Assembly (NCBI GenBank): GCA_000965745.1
Contig: CP009479.1
Coordinates: 1,536,001 to 1,600,000, forward strand
Source: an uncultured archaeon
GTDB taxonomy: Archaea; Thermoplasmatota; Thermoplasmata; Thermoplasmatales; Thermoplasmataceae
Reading direction: 5' to 3'
DNA length: 64,000 nucleotides
In this document: positions 10,425 through 20,460 of the stretch, piece after piece
Layout: the number at the start of each line of letters is the position of its first letter
Position numbering within the stretch: the first letter of the stretch is position 1
Translations under genes and position numbers: made by a program
The notes under the pieces: generated by a model
What the model was told of the DNA's origin: nothing
Databases searched by the model: none
The model's input: the letters and a program-made list of their open reading frames with translations, nothing else

Positions 10425-11696
10425 TTATTTGTTGGCTGAAAGCTTCTCCAAAATCTCTTTTGCACGAGTCATTGTAATGTTCTTCTCATCTATCATCATC
10501 TGTGAAACTTCGTCTATAAGAGTACCCTTTGCTCCAGCTGAGAGGGCAAGCTGTCTTGCATGAAGCTCCATGTGCCCTCTTTGAATTCCTTCGGTAGCAA
10601 GCGCCCTTACGGCGGAAAAATTCTGTGAAAGGCCAACAGCCGCCAGCACATTGGCAAACTCCCTGGAATCTTTGATTCCCAGTATCTTTTTCGCAATCCT
10701 GGCCTTGGGGACATTAGCGGTTGCTCCTCCAACTGTTCCTACTGCCAGCGGTATTTCTATGGATGCCAGGATGTCTCCGTTTTCATCCTTTTCATATTTT
10801 GTCAGTGATGTGTAAGAAGAAAGTGCGGCATAAGCATGTGCCCCGGCCTCAATGGCTCTCCAGTCGTTGAGTGTAGCGAGTACAACGGCATCTATGCCGT
10901 TCATTATCCCCTTGTTGTGGGTAGCTGCCCTGAAAGGATCCTGTGCTGCAAATTTGTAAGCACTGATGATGGAGTCTACAACTTCCTCTCCACCTAGATC
11001 CTCTTTCCTGAACTTTGCCCTGGCCCTAGAAAGCCTGTGCACACTCAGATTGCTCAATATTCTCAGATTGACCTTCGCGCCTGTCAGTTTTTCGATCATG
11101 GGGGCAATATATTCACACATGCTGTTGACCACATTGGCGCCCATTGCATCCTGGACATCAACCAGAATGTGAACTACTATCATCCTGTATGGCGAATCAA
11201 ATACCCTTACCTCAAGGTCCTTCGCTCCAGCATTGAGCTCGGCAAGGGTCTTGCTTCTCGTATTTGCTGCCTTAATTATTTCAGCCTTGTTCTCCAGGAT
11301 CTTCTTCTTAGTCGCTTCTGAAGATTCATACCCTTCAAGCTGTATTTGCCCTATCATGATGGGATTGGTGGATTCGCAGTAAAATCCGCCGGTCTCCCTC
11401 GCAACTTTCGCAGAATTTGAACAGGCTGCAACAACTGAGGGCTCCTCAATCGCCATTGGGATAAGATAATCTTTGTCGTTGATTCTGAAGTTTGTTGCTA
11501 CTCCTAGTGGGATCTCTATCGTGGAAATCGTATTCTCTATCAGGTGGTCCGCAACTTCTATTGGAAGGGTCCCAGTGTTTTCCAGTGTGCTCATTTCTTC
11601 TTGTGAAAGGTTGCAGAATTTCCTGACAAACTCAAGCCTTTCCCCTACTTTCAGCTTGTAGAAGCCTGAGACTTGAGAGCTTAACTTCTCTTCCAT
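10425..11696 (-). CDS. mvaA: Class II (bacterial-type) HMG-CoA reductase
   Basis: IENTI, EEPSVVAA, DAMGAN, ILSNL, THNKGIMNG, GIQRGHM. Confidence 0.93.
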   Translation of the reverse strand: MEEKLSSQVSGFYKLKVGERLEFVRKFCNLSQEEMSTLENTGTLPIEVADHLIENTISTIEIPLGVATNFRINDKDYLIPMAIEEPSVVAACSNSAKVARETGGFYCESTNPIMIGQIQLEGYESSEATKKKILENKAEIIKAANTRSKTLAELNAGAKDLEVRVFDSPYRMIVVHILVDVQDAMGANVVNSMCEYIAPMIEKLTGAKVNLRILSNLSVHRLSRARAKFRKEDLGGEEVVDSIISAYKFAAQDPFRAATHNKGIMNGIDAVVLATLNDWRAIEAGAHAYAALSSYTSLTKYEKDENGDILASIEIPLAVGTVGGATANVPKARIAKKILGIKDSREFANVLAAVGLSQNFSAVRALATEGIQRGHMELHARQLALSAGAKGTLIDEVSQMMIDEKNITMTRAKEILEKLSANK

Positions 11697-12130
11697 TGGG
11701 ACGCGTATTTGCAACGAATTAATAAATTGGATCTCCTCTGCATATTGTGGGCAACACCCCGGAGGAGTCGGGTGTGGGAACTGTGCAATTTGGAAAGTCA
11801 GGAAGCATCATAAGACAGGATAAAGGTAGCGGGGAATGGGATGATGGTGAAGAAAGGATCAGAAAGGCACTACTGAATGCAGTAGAAGATGGGATAATAG
11901 ATGCAGCCTGTCACCCTCTGTGCTTAAGAATCTCGGGATGATCGACTCACTCGATGTTGACTACTGTCGTAGATTGTGCGGGAGAACCATAATGCCCATG
12001 GCTGTATGTCAGAAGTATGTCCCGTATGGATCTGTTGTACAACTCGATGTACTCGAATTGTACATAATTATTTCAAACCTGGATTTTTATCAGGAAACAT
12101 ATTTAACATGCACAGAGATTAGACTTCTCA

Positions 12131-13051
12131 ATGTTAAAAAACAAGAGCGTTGTTTCCATCGATGACGTTTCGGATGAGGATATACTTGAGGTTTTCAAGG
12201 TAAGTGACCAGATGTCAAAACTAATCTCGGAAGGGAAAAAATCAGAAATTCTTTCATCCAGAATCATGGCAACATTCTTTTACGAGCCCAGCACACGAAC
12301 TCGACTCTCCTTTGAAAGCGCCATGCACCGGCTGGGAGGGTCGGTGATCAGTGTTTCTGAAGCGTCATCGTCATCTGTTGCAAAGGGGGAAACCCTTGCA
12401 GATACAATTCGAATGGCGGATGCTTATTCTGATGTGATTGTGATAAGGCATCCGCTTGAGGGTTCCGCAAGGCTTGCCTCAAAGTTTTCCTCAAAGCCGG
12501 TGGTCAACGCAGGCGACGGCGCAGGACAGCATCCAACGCAGACTTTGCTTGACCTTTACACTATCAAGAAGGAGTTCGGAAAGCTGGATGGGCTGAAGAT
12601 ATCAATGGTGGGTGACCTGAAGTATGGCCGGACAGTACACTCATTGATAAGGGCGCTTAGCAGGTTTGACGTTGAAATAAACCTCATTTCCCCCTCAATT
12701 CTGCGTATTCCTCAGCACGTTATGTCCAGGTTGCCAGCGAGAACAAAAATTACAATATCGGATAACATTGAGGAAGACATTGAGAATTCTGACGTCTTCT
12801 ACGTGACAAGAATACAGAAAGAGAGGTTTACTGACCAGAATGAATACAGGAGTGTTATCGGGTCATATTCAATCGATGGTGGGCTTGCTGGAAAGATGAA
12901 GAAGAATGCTATCCTGATGCATCCGCTCCCAAGGATTGATGAAATTGCCCCTGAGGTTGACTATATGCCACAGGCCAGATACTTCAAGGAGGCAGCAAAT
13001 GGAATACCGGTTAGGATGGCGCTTCTATCCATGATACTGGGGGGAGAGTAA
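12131..13051 (+). CDS. pyrB: Aspartate carbamoyltransferase catalytic subunit
   Basis: [26 protein letters not shown]. Confidence 0.97.
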   Translation: MLKNKSVVSIDDVSDEDILEVFKVSDQMSKLISEGKKSEILSSRIMATFFYEPSTRTRLSFESAMHRLGGSVISVSEASSSSVAKGETLADTIRMADAYSDVIVIRHPLEGSARLASKFSSKPVVNAGDGAGQHPTQTLLDLYTIKKEFGKLDGLKISMVGDLKYGRTVHSLIRALSRFDVEINLISPSILRIPQHVMSRLPARTKITISDNIEEDIENSDVFYVTRIQKERFTDQNEYRSVIGSYSIDGGLAGKMKKNAILMHPLPRIDEIAPEVDYMPQARYFKEAANGIPVRMALLSMILGGE

Positions 13052-13515
13052 TGGTAGATAAGACTTTAAAAATATCAAAAATCAAGGACGGCACCGTCAT
13101 TGACCACATTCCTGCAGGCAAAGCGCTTAAGGTGCTCAATATCCTCAACATAAGTGAGGATGTAAGCTCGTCGGTAAGCATAGGCATACATGTCCCGAGC
13201 GGTAAGTTTGGCTACAAGGATGTGATCAAAATAGAAAACAGGTTCCTCGAAAAAATTGAGCTTGATATGATTTCACTTATCGCCCCTGAAGCTTCAATCA
13301 GTATTGTAACAGACTACTCCATCAAGGAAAAGTTCAACGTTGAACTTCCGCAGACGCTTCTTGGCCTGATCAACTGCGCAAACCAGAACTGTATTACCAA
13401 CGGGAATGAGCCAGTAAAGAGTGAATTTGAAACAATATCAAGAAACCCGATCAGTGTCAGGTGCAGGTACTGTGAGAGGGAAATGAACTATAAGGAAATT
13501 CAAGCAAGCATGTGA
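13051..13515 (+). CDS. pyrI: Aspartate carbamoyltransferase regulatory subunit
   Basis: [14 protein letters not shown] and CRYC zinc ligands; coupled to pyrB. Confidence 0.96.
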   Translation: MVDKTLKISKIKDGTVIDHIPAGKALKVLNILNISEDVSSSVSIGIHVPSGKFGYKDVIKIENRFLEKIELDMISLIAPEASISIVTDYSIKEKFNVELPQTLLGLINCANQNCITNGNEPVKSEFETISRNPISVRCRYCEREMNYKEIQASM

Positions 13516-13581
13516 GTTCAAAACACATTTTTTGCAATTAATGAGTATAAATGAATGCTGGGTGGTATTCCGGCATATCGC

Positions 13582-14340
13582 CTATGAGGCCAGAATCTGC
13601 ATTTTAAGAAGGTTAGCCTTGGCTGCCAGTTTTCTTGAAAACTCATTCACCCTTTTTGCCACCATCTGGTAGAACTCCCCTGAGAGGTATTCTCTTGAAG
13701 ACGCGTATGAATCCTCAATGAACGTCACAACTCCTGCTCCCTTCTCTTTCAGTTCGTCCAGCCCGGAATTTACCATTTCAAGATTGCTAAAGGCCAGGTT
13801 TTTTGGAATTGTTACAACATTCAGGTGAGGAATGCCTTTCTTGGAGAGTAGGCTTGAGAGTGATATGTGCATTCTTTGCGATAGCATCTCTCCAAAATTG
13901 CTGAGCAGGATAAATGAAGATGAATTGCTTGTTGAGGATAGAATTTTAGCAGAAGTAGCGTCCGGGTTGAGATTGAATTCCTTCTCGTCAACGTTGAGCT
14001 TCCCAATGGTGTGATCGCCTGCTATGAAGTCCAGTGCAACTTTTCCACCCATGGAGGACGAACTGAGGCTTCTCACGTATTCCATGTGGTCCAACTCGTC
14101 CTTGAATGTGTGGATTAGCTTCCTCCCGACCAGCGACACTATGTTGCCTTTGGCAATTCCTTCTCCACTCTCAACCGATATCAGTTCAGTACCCATAACT
14201 GCCCTTGAAGCCAGTCTGGAAATTACGTTCTTCCCAGATTTTCCGAAGGCAATGATGGAATTGTCTTTTCTTCCAGAATAATACTCAGATGCTGCGTTCA
14301 GGCAGTCATCCCTAATTGTCTCGCTCCAACCAACCAACAT
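13582..14340 (-). CDS. Degenerate FtsZ/tubulin GTPase-domain-like protein
   Basis: IIAFGKSGKNVISRL aligns with FtsZ IFGAGGAGSNSISRL; GIPHLNVVTIP..GLDEL aligns with GALTIGVVTLP..GLNKL; GGGTGTG absent. Confidence 0.6.
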   Translation of the reverse strand: MLVGWSETIRDDCLNAASEYYSGRKDNSIIAFGKSGKNVISRLASRAVMGTELISVESGEGIAKGNIVSLVGRKLIHTFKDELDHMEYVRSLSSSSMGGKVALDFIAGDHTIGKLNVDEKEFNLNPDATSAKILSSTSNSSSFILLSNFGEMLSQRMHISLSSLLSKKGIPHLNVVTIPKNLAFSNLEMVNSGLDELKEKGAGVVTFIEDSYASSREYLSGEFYQMVAKRVNEFSRKLAAKANLLKMQILAS

Positions 14341-14355
14341 TTTGAATCACCCAGA

Positions 14356-14751
14356 TTAAATCTCATTTTCTTTTGTAAGGTCAAAATTTTCAAGATCATA
14401 CATCTCTCTCTGTATATTCTTGTACTGCTCCACTTTTTCCCTGATGATCTTTGTTACCAGGCCATTAATCATTGCCTGGTTTGCTATATCAACAATTGCG
14501 TCTTCTATTGAGTAGAAGAACCCTTTGTCTTTTGCGCTTTGAAGGGTTTTCAGAAGAACTTTGTCTATCTTCAGGTTAATTCCGGAGGTGTCTAATATCC
14601 CGACTCTGAGCTGTGTCATGAGTTCCACCGCAGCATGCCTCATAAACTCTGATCTGCTGCCGAACCTCTGGTTTTTTTCAAGAAAACTGTCTATCTCCAT
14701 TAGATCGTCTTCCGAAATTCTCAATGTAATCTTTGTATCTCTCTGACTCAA
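14356..14751 (-). CDS. Ribbon-helix-helix (CopG/CdrS-like) transcription regulator
   Basis: TKITLRISEDDLMEIDSF...SRSEFMRHA; TTG start with GAGGT upstream. Confidence 0.8.
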   Translation of the reverse strand: MSQRDTKITLRISEDDLMEIDSFLEKNQRFGSRSEFMRHAAVELMTQLRVGILDTSGINLKIDKVLLKTLQSAKDKGFFYSIEDAIVDIANQAMINGLVTKIIREKVEQYKNIQREMYDLENFDLTKENEI

Positions 14752-15048
14752 GTGTGCTTTGACCTCTAAGTTTAATCTTAAGGTATATATATAAAGCTTT
14801 TTACGATGTAAGACAAATTAAATATTGATACTTTTAAATATATTTTTAAATATGTACCAATAATCTAATTCTTTAGCAGATTATACTAAGTCATGGTATA
14901 AACAGATATGTCTTCTTTATTAAATTTCGTCTGACGTTGTATATCTTTATAATACGTATAAAATTAAATTAACACCCACACTTGCTTTCTCACCACTTCC
15001 ATTCAGCTCTATTGGTAAGGTTATTAAAGGCGCCTCGAATTTGGACGC

Positions 15049-15669
15049 ATGGCACAGAATGAATATGAAGAGCTGCTGAATCGAGCGAGCGGCATATTTT
15101 CAAAATCCACTCAAAGTGAGGCAAGATTAAAGATTCCTGATCCCGACATAATAAGGGAGGGAAAGTCGACAATTGTGAGGAACTTCCAGGATATTGCTGA
15201 TATGATAAACCGAGATCCAAAGCATATTTCTAAATTTCTGATGAAGGAATTTGGTATCGGAGTAACAATATCTGGAAGGCGGCTAATAATAAACAGGAAG
15301 GTCACCTATGAGCAGATTTCAAGCAAGATAAGCCAGTACATCGATTCGTATGTCAACTGTTACGAATGCGGCTCCCCTGATACTGAATTCCTCAAGGTTG
15401 GAAGAACGAATCTTCTTTCATGCAAGGCCTGTGGCGCCCAGCACCCGATAAAGCTTGCGAGAGAATCAAGGTTTGAAGAAACTCAGCTTGAAGAGGGCAA
15501 ACAGTACGTGGTCGAGATAACGGAAAAAGGAAGTTCAGGGGAAGGAAGGGCGATGTTCAGGGGCTACAGCCTTTTTGTCCCGGGGGCAAAGAAGGGTGAA
15601 ACCGTCAAGGTACTAATAAAAAGGATCAAGCGGGGAATGGCTATAGCTGAGGTTGTTGACAAGGAATAG
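15049..15669 (+). CDS. eif2b: Translation initiation factor aIF-2 beta with C-terminal TRAM domain
   Basis: NRDPKH, CYEC..CKAC zinc ribbon, TRAM tail (GEGRA..FVPGAKKGE). Confidence 0.92.
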   Translation: MAQNEYEELLNRASGIFSKSTQSEARLKIPDPDIIREGKSTIVRNFQDIADMINRDPKHISKFLMKEFGIGVTISGRRLIINRKVTYEQISSKISQYIDSYVNCYECGSPDTEFLKVGRTNLLSCKACGAQHPIKLARESRFEETQLEEGKQYVVEITEKGSSGEGRAMFRGYSLFVPGAKKGETVKVLIKRIKRGMAIAEVVDKE

Positions 15670-15678
15670 GCGGTTCTT

Positions 15679-16050
15679 ATAGGATCATCCACTCTACCGC
15701 AGGTAATACTCGACACTAATTCCATTATCTACTCCATAAAGAATAAAATCGACCTGAAGGCCTTACTGGAAAGGTTCAGCGAACTCGGGCCTGCGAAAAT
15801 TCCCCAGTGTGTAATAGATGAACTGTCAGGACTTTCTGAATCTGTCCCGGAAGCCAGGGCTGCGCTCAAGATGGCAGAAAGGTTCGAAGTAATTCATACT
15901 CAGGGAAAAGGGGATGACTGTATAATAGAAAAGGCAATTGAGACAGGTTCTGCGGTCCTGACAAATGACAGGGGGCTCGCCAGAAGGCTTAAAGAATCAG
16001 GAATAAGGGTCATATCCATCAGGGGCGGGAAAACAATAGATTTTGTATGA
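15679..16050 (+). CDS. PIN-domain protein (Fcf1/Utp24-like), start codon non-canonical
   Basis: Manual translation ...PQVILDTNSII...CVIDEL...KGDDCII...LTNDRGL; missed by ORF track because no ATG/GTG/TTG precedes the domain. Confidence 0.8.
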   Translation: MGSSTLPQVILDTNSIIYSIKNKIDLKALLERFSELGPAKIPQCVIDELSGLSESVPEARAALKMAERFEVIHTQGKGDDCIIEKAIETGSAVLTNDRGLARRLKESGIRVISIRGGKTIDFV

Positions 16051-16091
16051 TTTGCGTATCTCCAAGAATAATCTGAAATTTAAATGCGGAG

Positions 16092-16799
16092 ATGAGAACT
16101 GTTATGAGGGATTTTGATACAAACATATATTACGCCCTGAAGGTGATTAAGACAAAAGCAGGACCAAGAAATCACGTCTCAATTTCTTCCAGTGATCTGG
16201 CCGAGGGAATGGGACTCAGCCAGCAGTCAGCATCAAGAATCCTGATCAGGCTTGTCGAGGATGGGTATATAACCAGGACGTTTCAGAACAGAAAGCAGAG
16301 GATAGTGCTCACAGACGCCGGGCTCGATGTTCTTTACAGGGAACTCGGAAGCCTTTCCAAGATCCTCCACCTTGACAGCACCATTTCCTTATCCGGCATA
16401 GCCCAAAGCGGCCTTGGCGAAGGCAGATACTACATTTCCAGGAAATTTTACATTATACAGTTTCAGGAGAAACTTGGGTTCATACCTTATCTCGGAACAC
16501 TGAACCTCAAAATCCTCCCGGCGTTCGAAAGCCCCTTGAGAAGATTGAGGAGCAGTCCAGGCATACATATTGACGGATTCAAGACAGAGGACAGAACATT
16601 CGGCCCGGTTAAAGTATTTAACGCAACAGTTAACGGTGAGAAGTGTGCAGTAATATTCCCTGAAAGATCAGTTTACACTGATGTTGTAGAATTGATTTCA
16701 GAAAAATACCTTAGAGGAGAATTCGGCTTAAAAGACGGTGATGCCGTCGATGTGTCGGTGGACCTTAGTCAACCAGATGGGGCAGAATCCGATCAGTGA
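16092..16799 (+). CDS. ribK: CTP-dependent riboflavin kinase with N-terminal wHTH (RbkR type)
   Basis: SQQSASR HTH; SGLGEGRYY and PYLGTLN kinase motifs. Confidence 0.92.
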   Translation: MRTVMRDFDTNIYYALKVIKTKAGPRNHVSISSSDLAEGMGLSQQSASRILIRLVEDGYITRTFQNRKQRIVLTDAGLDVLYRELGSLSKILHLDSTISLSGIAQSGLGEGRYYISRKFYIIQFQEKLGFIPYLGTLNLKILPAFESPLRRLRSSPGIHIDGFKTEDRTFGPVKVFNATVNGEKCAVIFPERSVYTDVVELISEKYLRGEFGLKDGDAVDVSVDLSQPDGAESDQ

Positions 16800-16804
16800 G
16801 GCAA

Positions 16805-17080
16805 TCAAACCTCTATCTGGCCCGCTTTTATCTCATTAACAACCTTCTGGAAATTCTTGTCAACCTCTTCCTCGTTTAGACCACACTCTAAAAGTTCCAT
16901 GTAGATTTCGTATGCCTCTTCCCCTTCGTCAAGCTCAACTTTCTGTATGTCCCCTTTGTACACTCTTACGAAGCCGCATGATCTTCCAACTTCAAAATTG
17001 AGTCTGTAGTCTAATTCAAGCGACACATCGAATTCCGGGAGATATTCATAATTCTTCAGATGATCTGGCATTCCAATCAA
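16805..17080 (-). CDS. Small acidic hypothetical protein
   Basis: Clean 91-aa ORF downstream of purL. Confidence 0.6.
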   Translation of the reverse strand: MIGMPDHLKNYEYLPEFDVSLELDYRLNFEVGRSCGFVRVYKGDIQKVELDEGEEAYEIYMELLECGLNEEEVDKNFQKVVNEIKAGQIEV

Positions 17081-17114
17081 AATATGGACTCACTATATGT
17101 AAGTTAGCCAACTT

Positions 17115-19433
17115 TCAGACATACTGGTCAAGTCCGGTTTCCCACTTTTCCCTGAACTTCTGCAAGTCCTCATCAATACAGACCATTTCGAGGTCCTTGA
17201 CCTTTGCCCTTACTCCGCCTGTATTACCTATCTCAATGACTTCAATCTCCTTTAAGCATTTGAGAAATTCTTCCCGGTCCTGTTTCCTGACCTCAACAAC
17301 AATTCTGTTTCCATCTTCGGAAAACAGCTTGTTCGCAGTTTTGTTATGTGAAACCTGAGTCAGGTCAAGTTCAAATCCGATAGATCTACCGAAGGCCATT
17401 TCAAGCACAGTCTGTATTAATCCACCTGAAGATATATCATGAGCAGCCATTATAAGCGATTCTGATGATGCTGCAAGAATACCTTCAGAGATAGTTTTCA
17501 ACTCCTCATAGTCTACGTCATCCAGGCTTTCCGAAGAAACTCCGAGATGATCCAGGTAGGCACTTCCCGAAAGATTGCCAGATGTGCTGCCAACAACAAA
17601 GATCAGGTTCCCCTCACCCTTGAATTCCGAAGTTACAGCCTTGCGCACATCTTTGTTTATGCCGGTGATCATTACAGTTGGTGTGGGCTTGATATTCTTT
17701 CCGCCTGACTGGTTGTAGAGGCTCACGTTTCCTGCCACCACGGGTATGCCGAAATACCTGCAGAATTCAGAAATTGCCCTGGAAGCCTCTATCAGCTGGC
17801 CCATTACTTCCGGTTCCTCAGGGTTTCCAAAATTGAGCGAATCTACCAGGGAATGGGGCTTGGAACCTGTGACAATGATGTTCCTGTACGCTTCTGCCAA
17901 TGTGGCTTTGGTCCCAAGGTATGGATCAATAGAAACCATTACAGGCTTGGAGCCTGATGTTATCGCAAGCCCTCTATATGACCCTTCCAGTGGTTTTATA
18001 ATCGAAGCATCTGAGTGAGTTTCCCCGTTGGGCAATCCGGTAAATGGCTTAACTATGGTATTGCCCCTTACAGTGTGGTCGTACTGCCTGACCACATTGA
18101 ATCTCGAACAGTTCTGTGGTCTGGAAAGAAATTCAAAGAGCAGGGATTCGTAATTCTTCATCTCGCGCGGGACAGGATAGCTTCGCAGATCTCTAGTATG
18201 TTCCCTGTAGTTCCTTGCGTATAACGGGCCCGTTGTGAGAAATTCCAGGCTGAGATCAAGGACTTTCTCTCCCTTGTATTTTACTTTCAGATTGGGTGAT
18301 TCGATAACTTTGCCGATGATTGAAAATTCTATGTCCCATTTTGAAAATATCTCCTTTATGGCATCGAGCTTGGAGTCTGAAACGGCCAGAAGCATTCTTT
18401 CCTGGCTCTCGCTCACCCAAATCTCCCAGGGTTTCATGTCCTCAGCCTTAAGAAGCACCCTGTCCAGATCAACCTCCGCGGATAGTCCCCCAGCGTGGCA
18501 TATTTCACCCACTGAACTAGAGAGTCCGCCTCCTCCAAGGTCCTTCATACCTTCAATCAGGCCCGCTTCGTTTGATTCCAGCACGGCATGGATCAAAGGC
18601 TCTTTTATGATGGGGTTTCCCAGTTGAACTGCCCTCTGGCTTTCTTCATCCTTGTCGGAAAGCACCCTTGAAGCAAATGTAACACCATGAATTCCGTCTC
18701 TCCCGGTCCTTCCGCCGGCCAGTACAAGATTTGCACCTACACTGGCTACCCTGCTCCTTGAGATCCTGTCCTTCCTGACAATGCCTATGCACCCGACATT
18801 CACAAGAGGCATCCCATCGTAGCTCGGATCAAAGTCAACAGAGCCGGCCACAGTTGGAATACCTACCCTATTGCCATAATCCCTTATTCCTGACACCACC
18901 CCGTTCAGCAGGAACCTGTTTGAAAGTTCAGAGGTATTGGCATTATTCCCTTCAACATCTCCGAAATAGAGCGAATCGAGGAGAGCAAGTGGCTGGGCGC
19001 CCATGCATAAAACATCCCTCAGGATTCCCCCGACCCCGGTCGCAGCCCCTCCATATGGCTCTATTGCGCTCGGGTGGTTATGGCTCTCCATCTTTACGAC
19101 ATATGCGTATTCATCGTCGAAGGAAACAACTCCTGCATCGTCTTCCATTGCCAGTATGGTGTCCTCCGTGTTGAGGTTTGAGAAATATTTCTTGAGATAG
19201 AATTTTGATGACTTGTAGCAGCAATGTTCGCTCCAGGCCTGGGCCATTGCCTGAATCTCAATATCCGTGGGATTTCTTCCGAGCCCTTGAAAGTAGTGCT
19301 TCAGCATTAACATCTCATCTTTGCTCAGAGAAAGCCCCATTGATCCGCTGATATCGGAAAGTACTGAATCATCGGTTTCAGTTATGTTCACAGTCTGTGC
19401 GTGTTTACTCGATGAGTCAGGCAAATCATTCAC
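17115..19433 (-). CDS. purL: Phosphoribosylformylglycinamidine synthase subunit PurL
   Basis: WSEHCCYKSS, ESHNHPS, GAATGVGG, SESQERM, LNFGNPE. Confidence 0.97.
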   Translation of the reverse strand: MNDLPDSSSKHAQTVNITETDDSVLSDISGSMGLSLSKDEMLMLKHYFQGLGRNPTDIEIQAMAQAWSEHCCYKSSKFYLKKYFSNLNTEDTILAMEDDAGVVSFDDEYAYVVKMESHNHPSAIEPYGGAATGVGGILRDVLCMGAQPLALLDSLYFGDVEGNNANTSELSNRFLLNGVVSGIRDYGNRVGIPTVAGSVDFDPSYDGMPLVNVGCIGIVRKDRISRSRVASVGANLVLAGGRTGRDGIHGVTFASRVLSDKDEESQRAVQLGNPIIKEPLIHAVLESNEAGLIEGMKDLGGGGLSSSVGEICHAGGLSAEVDLDRVLLKAEDMKPWEIWVSESQERMLLAVSDSKLDAIKEIFSKWDIEFSIIGKVIESPNLKVKYKGEKVLDLSLEFLTTGPLYARNYREHTRDLRSYPVPREMKNYESLLFEFLSRPQNCSRFNVVRQYDHTVRGNTIVKPFTGLPNGETHSDASIIKPLEGSYRGLAITSGSKPVMVSIDPYLGTKATLAEAYRNIIVTGSKPHSLVDSLNFGNPEEPEVMGQLIEASRAISEFCRYFGIPVVAGNVSLYNQSGGKNIKPTPTVMITGINKDVRKAVTSEFKGEGNLIFVVGSTSGNLSGSAYLDHLGVSSESLDDVDYEELKTISEGILAASSESLIMAAHDISSGGLIQTVLEMAFGRSIGFELDLTQVSHNKTANKLFSEDGNRIVVEVRKQDREEFLKCLKEIEVIEIGNTGGVRAKVKDLEMVCIDEDLQKFREKWETGLDQYV

Positions 19434-19671
19434 CAGCCAGTGTCACCTCATAATCGTGAATTACTGGATTGACAAGGAGTTTCTCAGCCATTTTCCTGGC
19501 CTCCGCGACCGGGTCCCTGACATCATCTGAGAACTCAATCTCATAGGAGCGGACTGTATTGATTGAACTCACTCCGGTGAAACCCAGTATGCTGAGATTC
19601 TTCTTGATCGTTAGCGCTTCGGGGTCCTCCACACCCTTGAGATATTTTATCTCAATCCTCACTCGGGACAT
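19426..19671 (-). CDS. purS: FGAM synthase subunit PurS
   Basis: GVEDPE and LLVNPVIHDY; overlaps purL start. Confidence 0.93.
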   Translation of the reverse strand: MSRVRIEIKYLKGVEDPEALTIKKNLSILGFTGVSSINTVRSYEIEFSDDVRDPVAEARKMAEKLLVNPVIHDYEVTLAGE

Positions 19672-19695
19672 GAGAAGGGCAAGCCGATAAGCGAA

Positions 19696-20460
19696 TTAAA
19701 TCTTTCCCGGATGTGCGACCGGTACAGCCTTTAAGGCACTTATGATCGGCTTAAGAACATCGTAAATCCTGTCTGCTTTTTCCGCTACAGTACCAGTGAC
19801 AATGATGTCTGCTCCTGCCTCTGCGATCTTGGACGCTCCCACAGGATCACGAATGCCGCCGCCTACTATCAGGGGGATTCTTATGCTGCTGCTAACGGAA
19901 GCAACAACTTCCTCAGAGACAAAGGTGGGAGATCCGCTTCCAGATTCAAGATATACAAGCTTCATTCCAAGCATCTCAGCGGCCAGCGAATAGGCGACAG
20001 CCTTTTCTGAGTCAGTCCTGGAGATAAGCTGGGCATTTCCCACCCTGCCCACTGTCATGCCAGGCTCGAATATCAGGTAGCCCATGGAAATAGTCTCGAT
20101 CCCCATCCTTTTCAGGACAGGGGCTGCCATTACCTGGTGTGCAATAAGAAACTCAGTCGTTGCAGAGTTCAACAGGGACATGAAGTATATTGCATCAGCG
20201 TTATCGCTTATCATAGATGCAGACCCGGGAAAAATGATAATCTTCCTGCTTGTCCTGGCTCTTATTCTTGTTATGGTTTCTTTCAGTTTCGCTGGGTCAA
20301 CCTTGGTTGAACCACCAATCATGATATAATCTGTACCGGCCTTTTCAGCCTCTTCTGCTATCACTGCAGCCCTGTCGGACCCCTGGGCAGCAGGGTCTAT
20401 CAAGGTCATGTGTATTCTTTTCTTCCTTATGGAACTTGTAATTTCTTCATATATGCTCAA
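19696..20460 (-). CDS. Geranylgeranylglyceryl phosphate synthase
   Basis: HMTLIDP, IGGS, YLESGSG, VGGGIR. Confidence 0.93.
   Translation of the reverse strand: MSIYEEITSSIRKKRIHMTLIDPAAQGSDRAAVIAEEAEKAGTDYIMIGGSTKVDPAKLKETITRIRARTSRKIIIFPGSASMISDNADAIYFMSLLNSATTEFLIAHQVMAAPVLKRMGIETISMGYLIFEPGMTVGRVGNAQLISRTDSEKAVAYSLAAEMLGMKLVYLESGSGSPTFVSEEVVASVSSSIRIPLIVGGGIRDPVGASKIAEAGADIIVTGTVAEKADRIYDVLKPIISALKAVPVAHPGKI

Noticed and set aside
15667-15669. Pyrrolysine recoding of the aIF2-beta TAG
   Set aside because: No pyl genes in window and many genes here end normally in TAG
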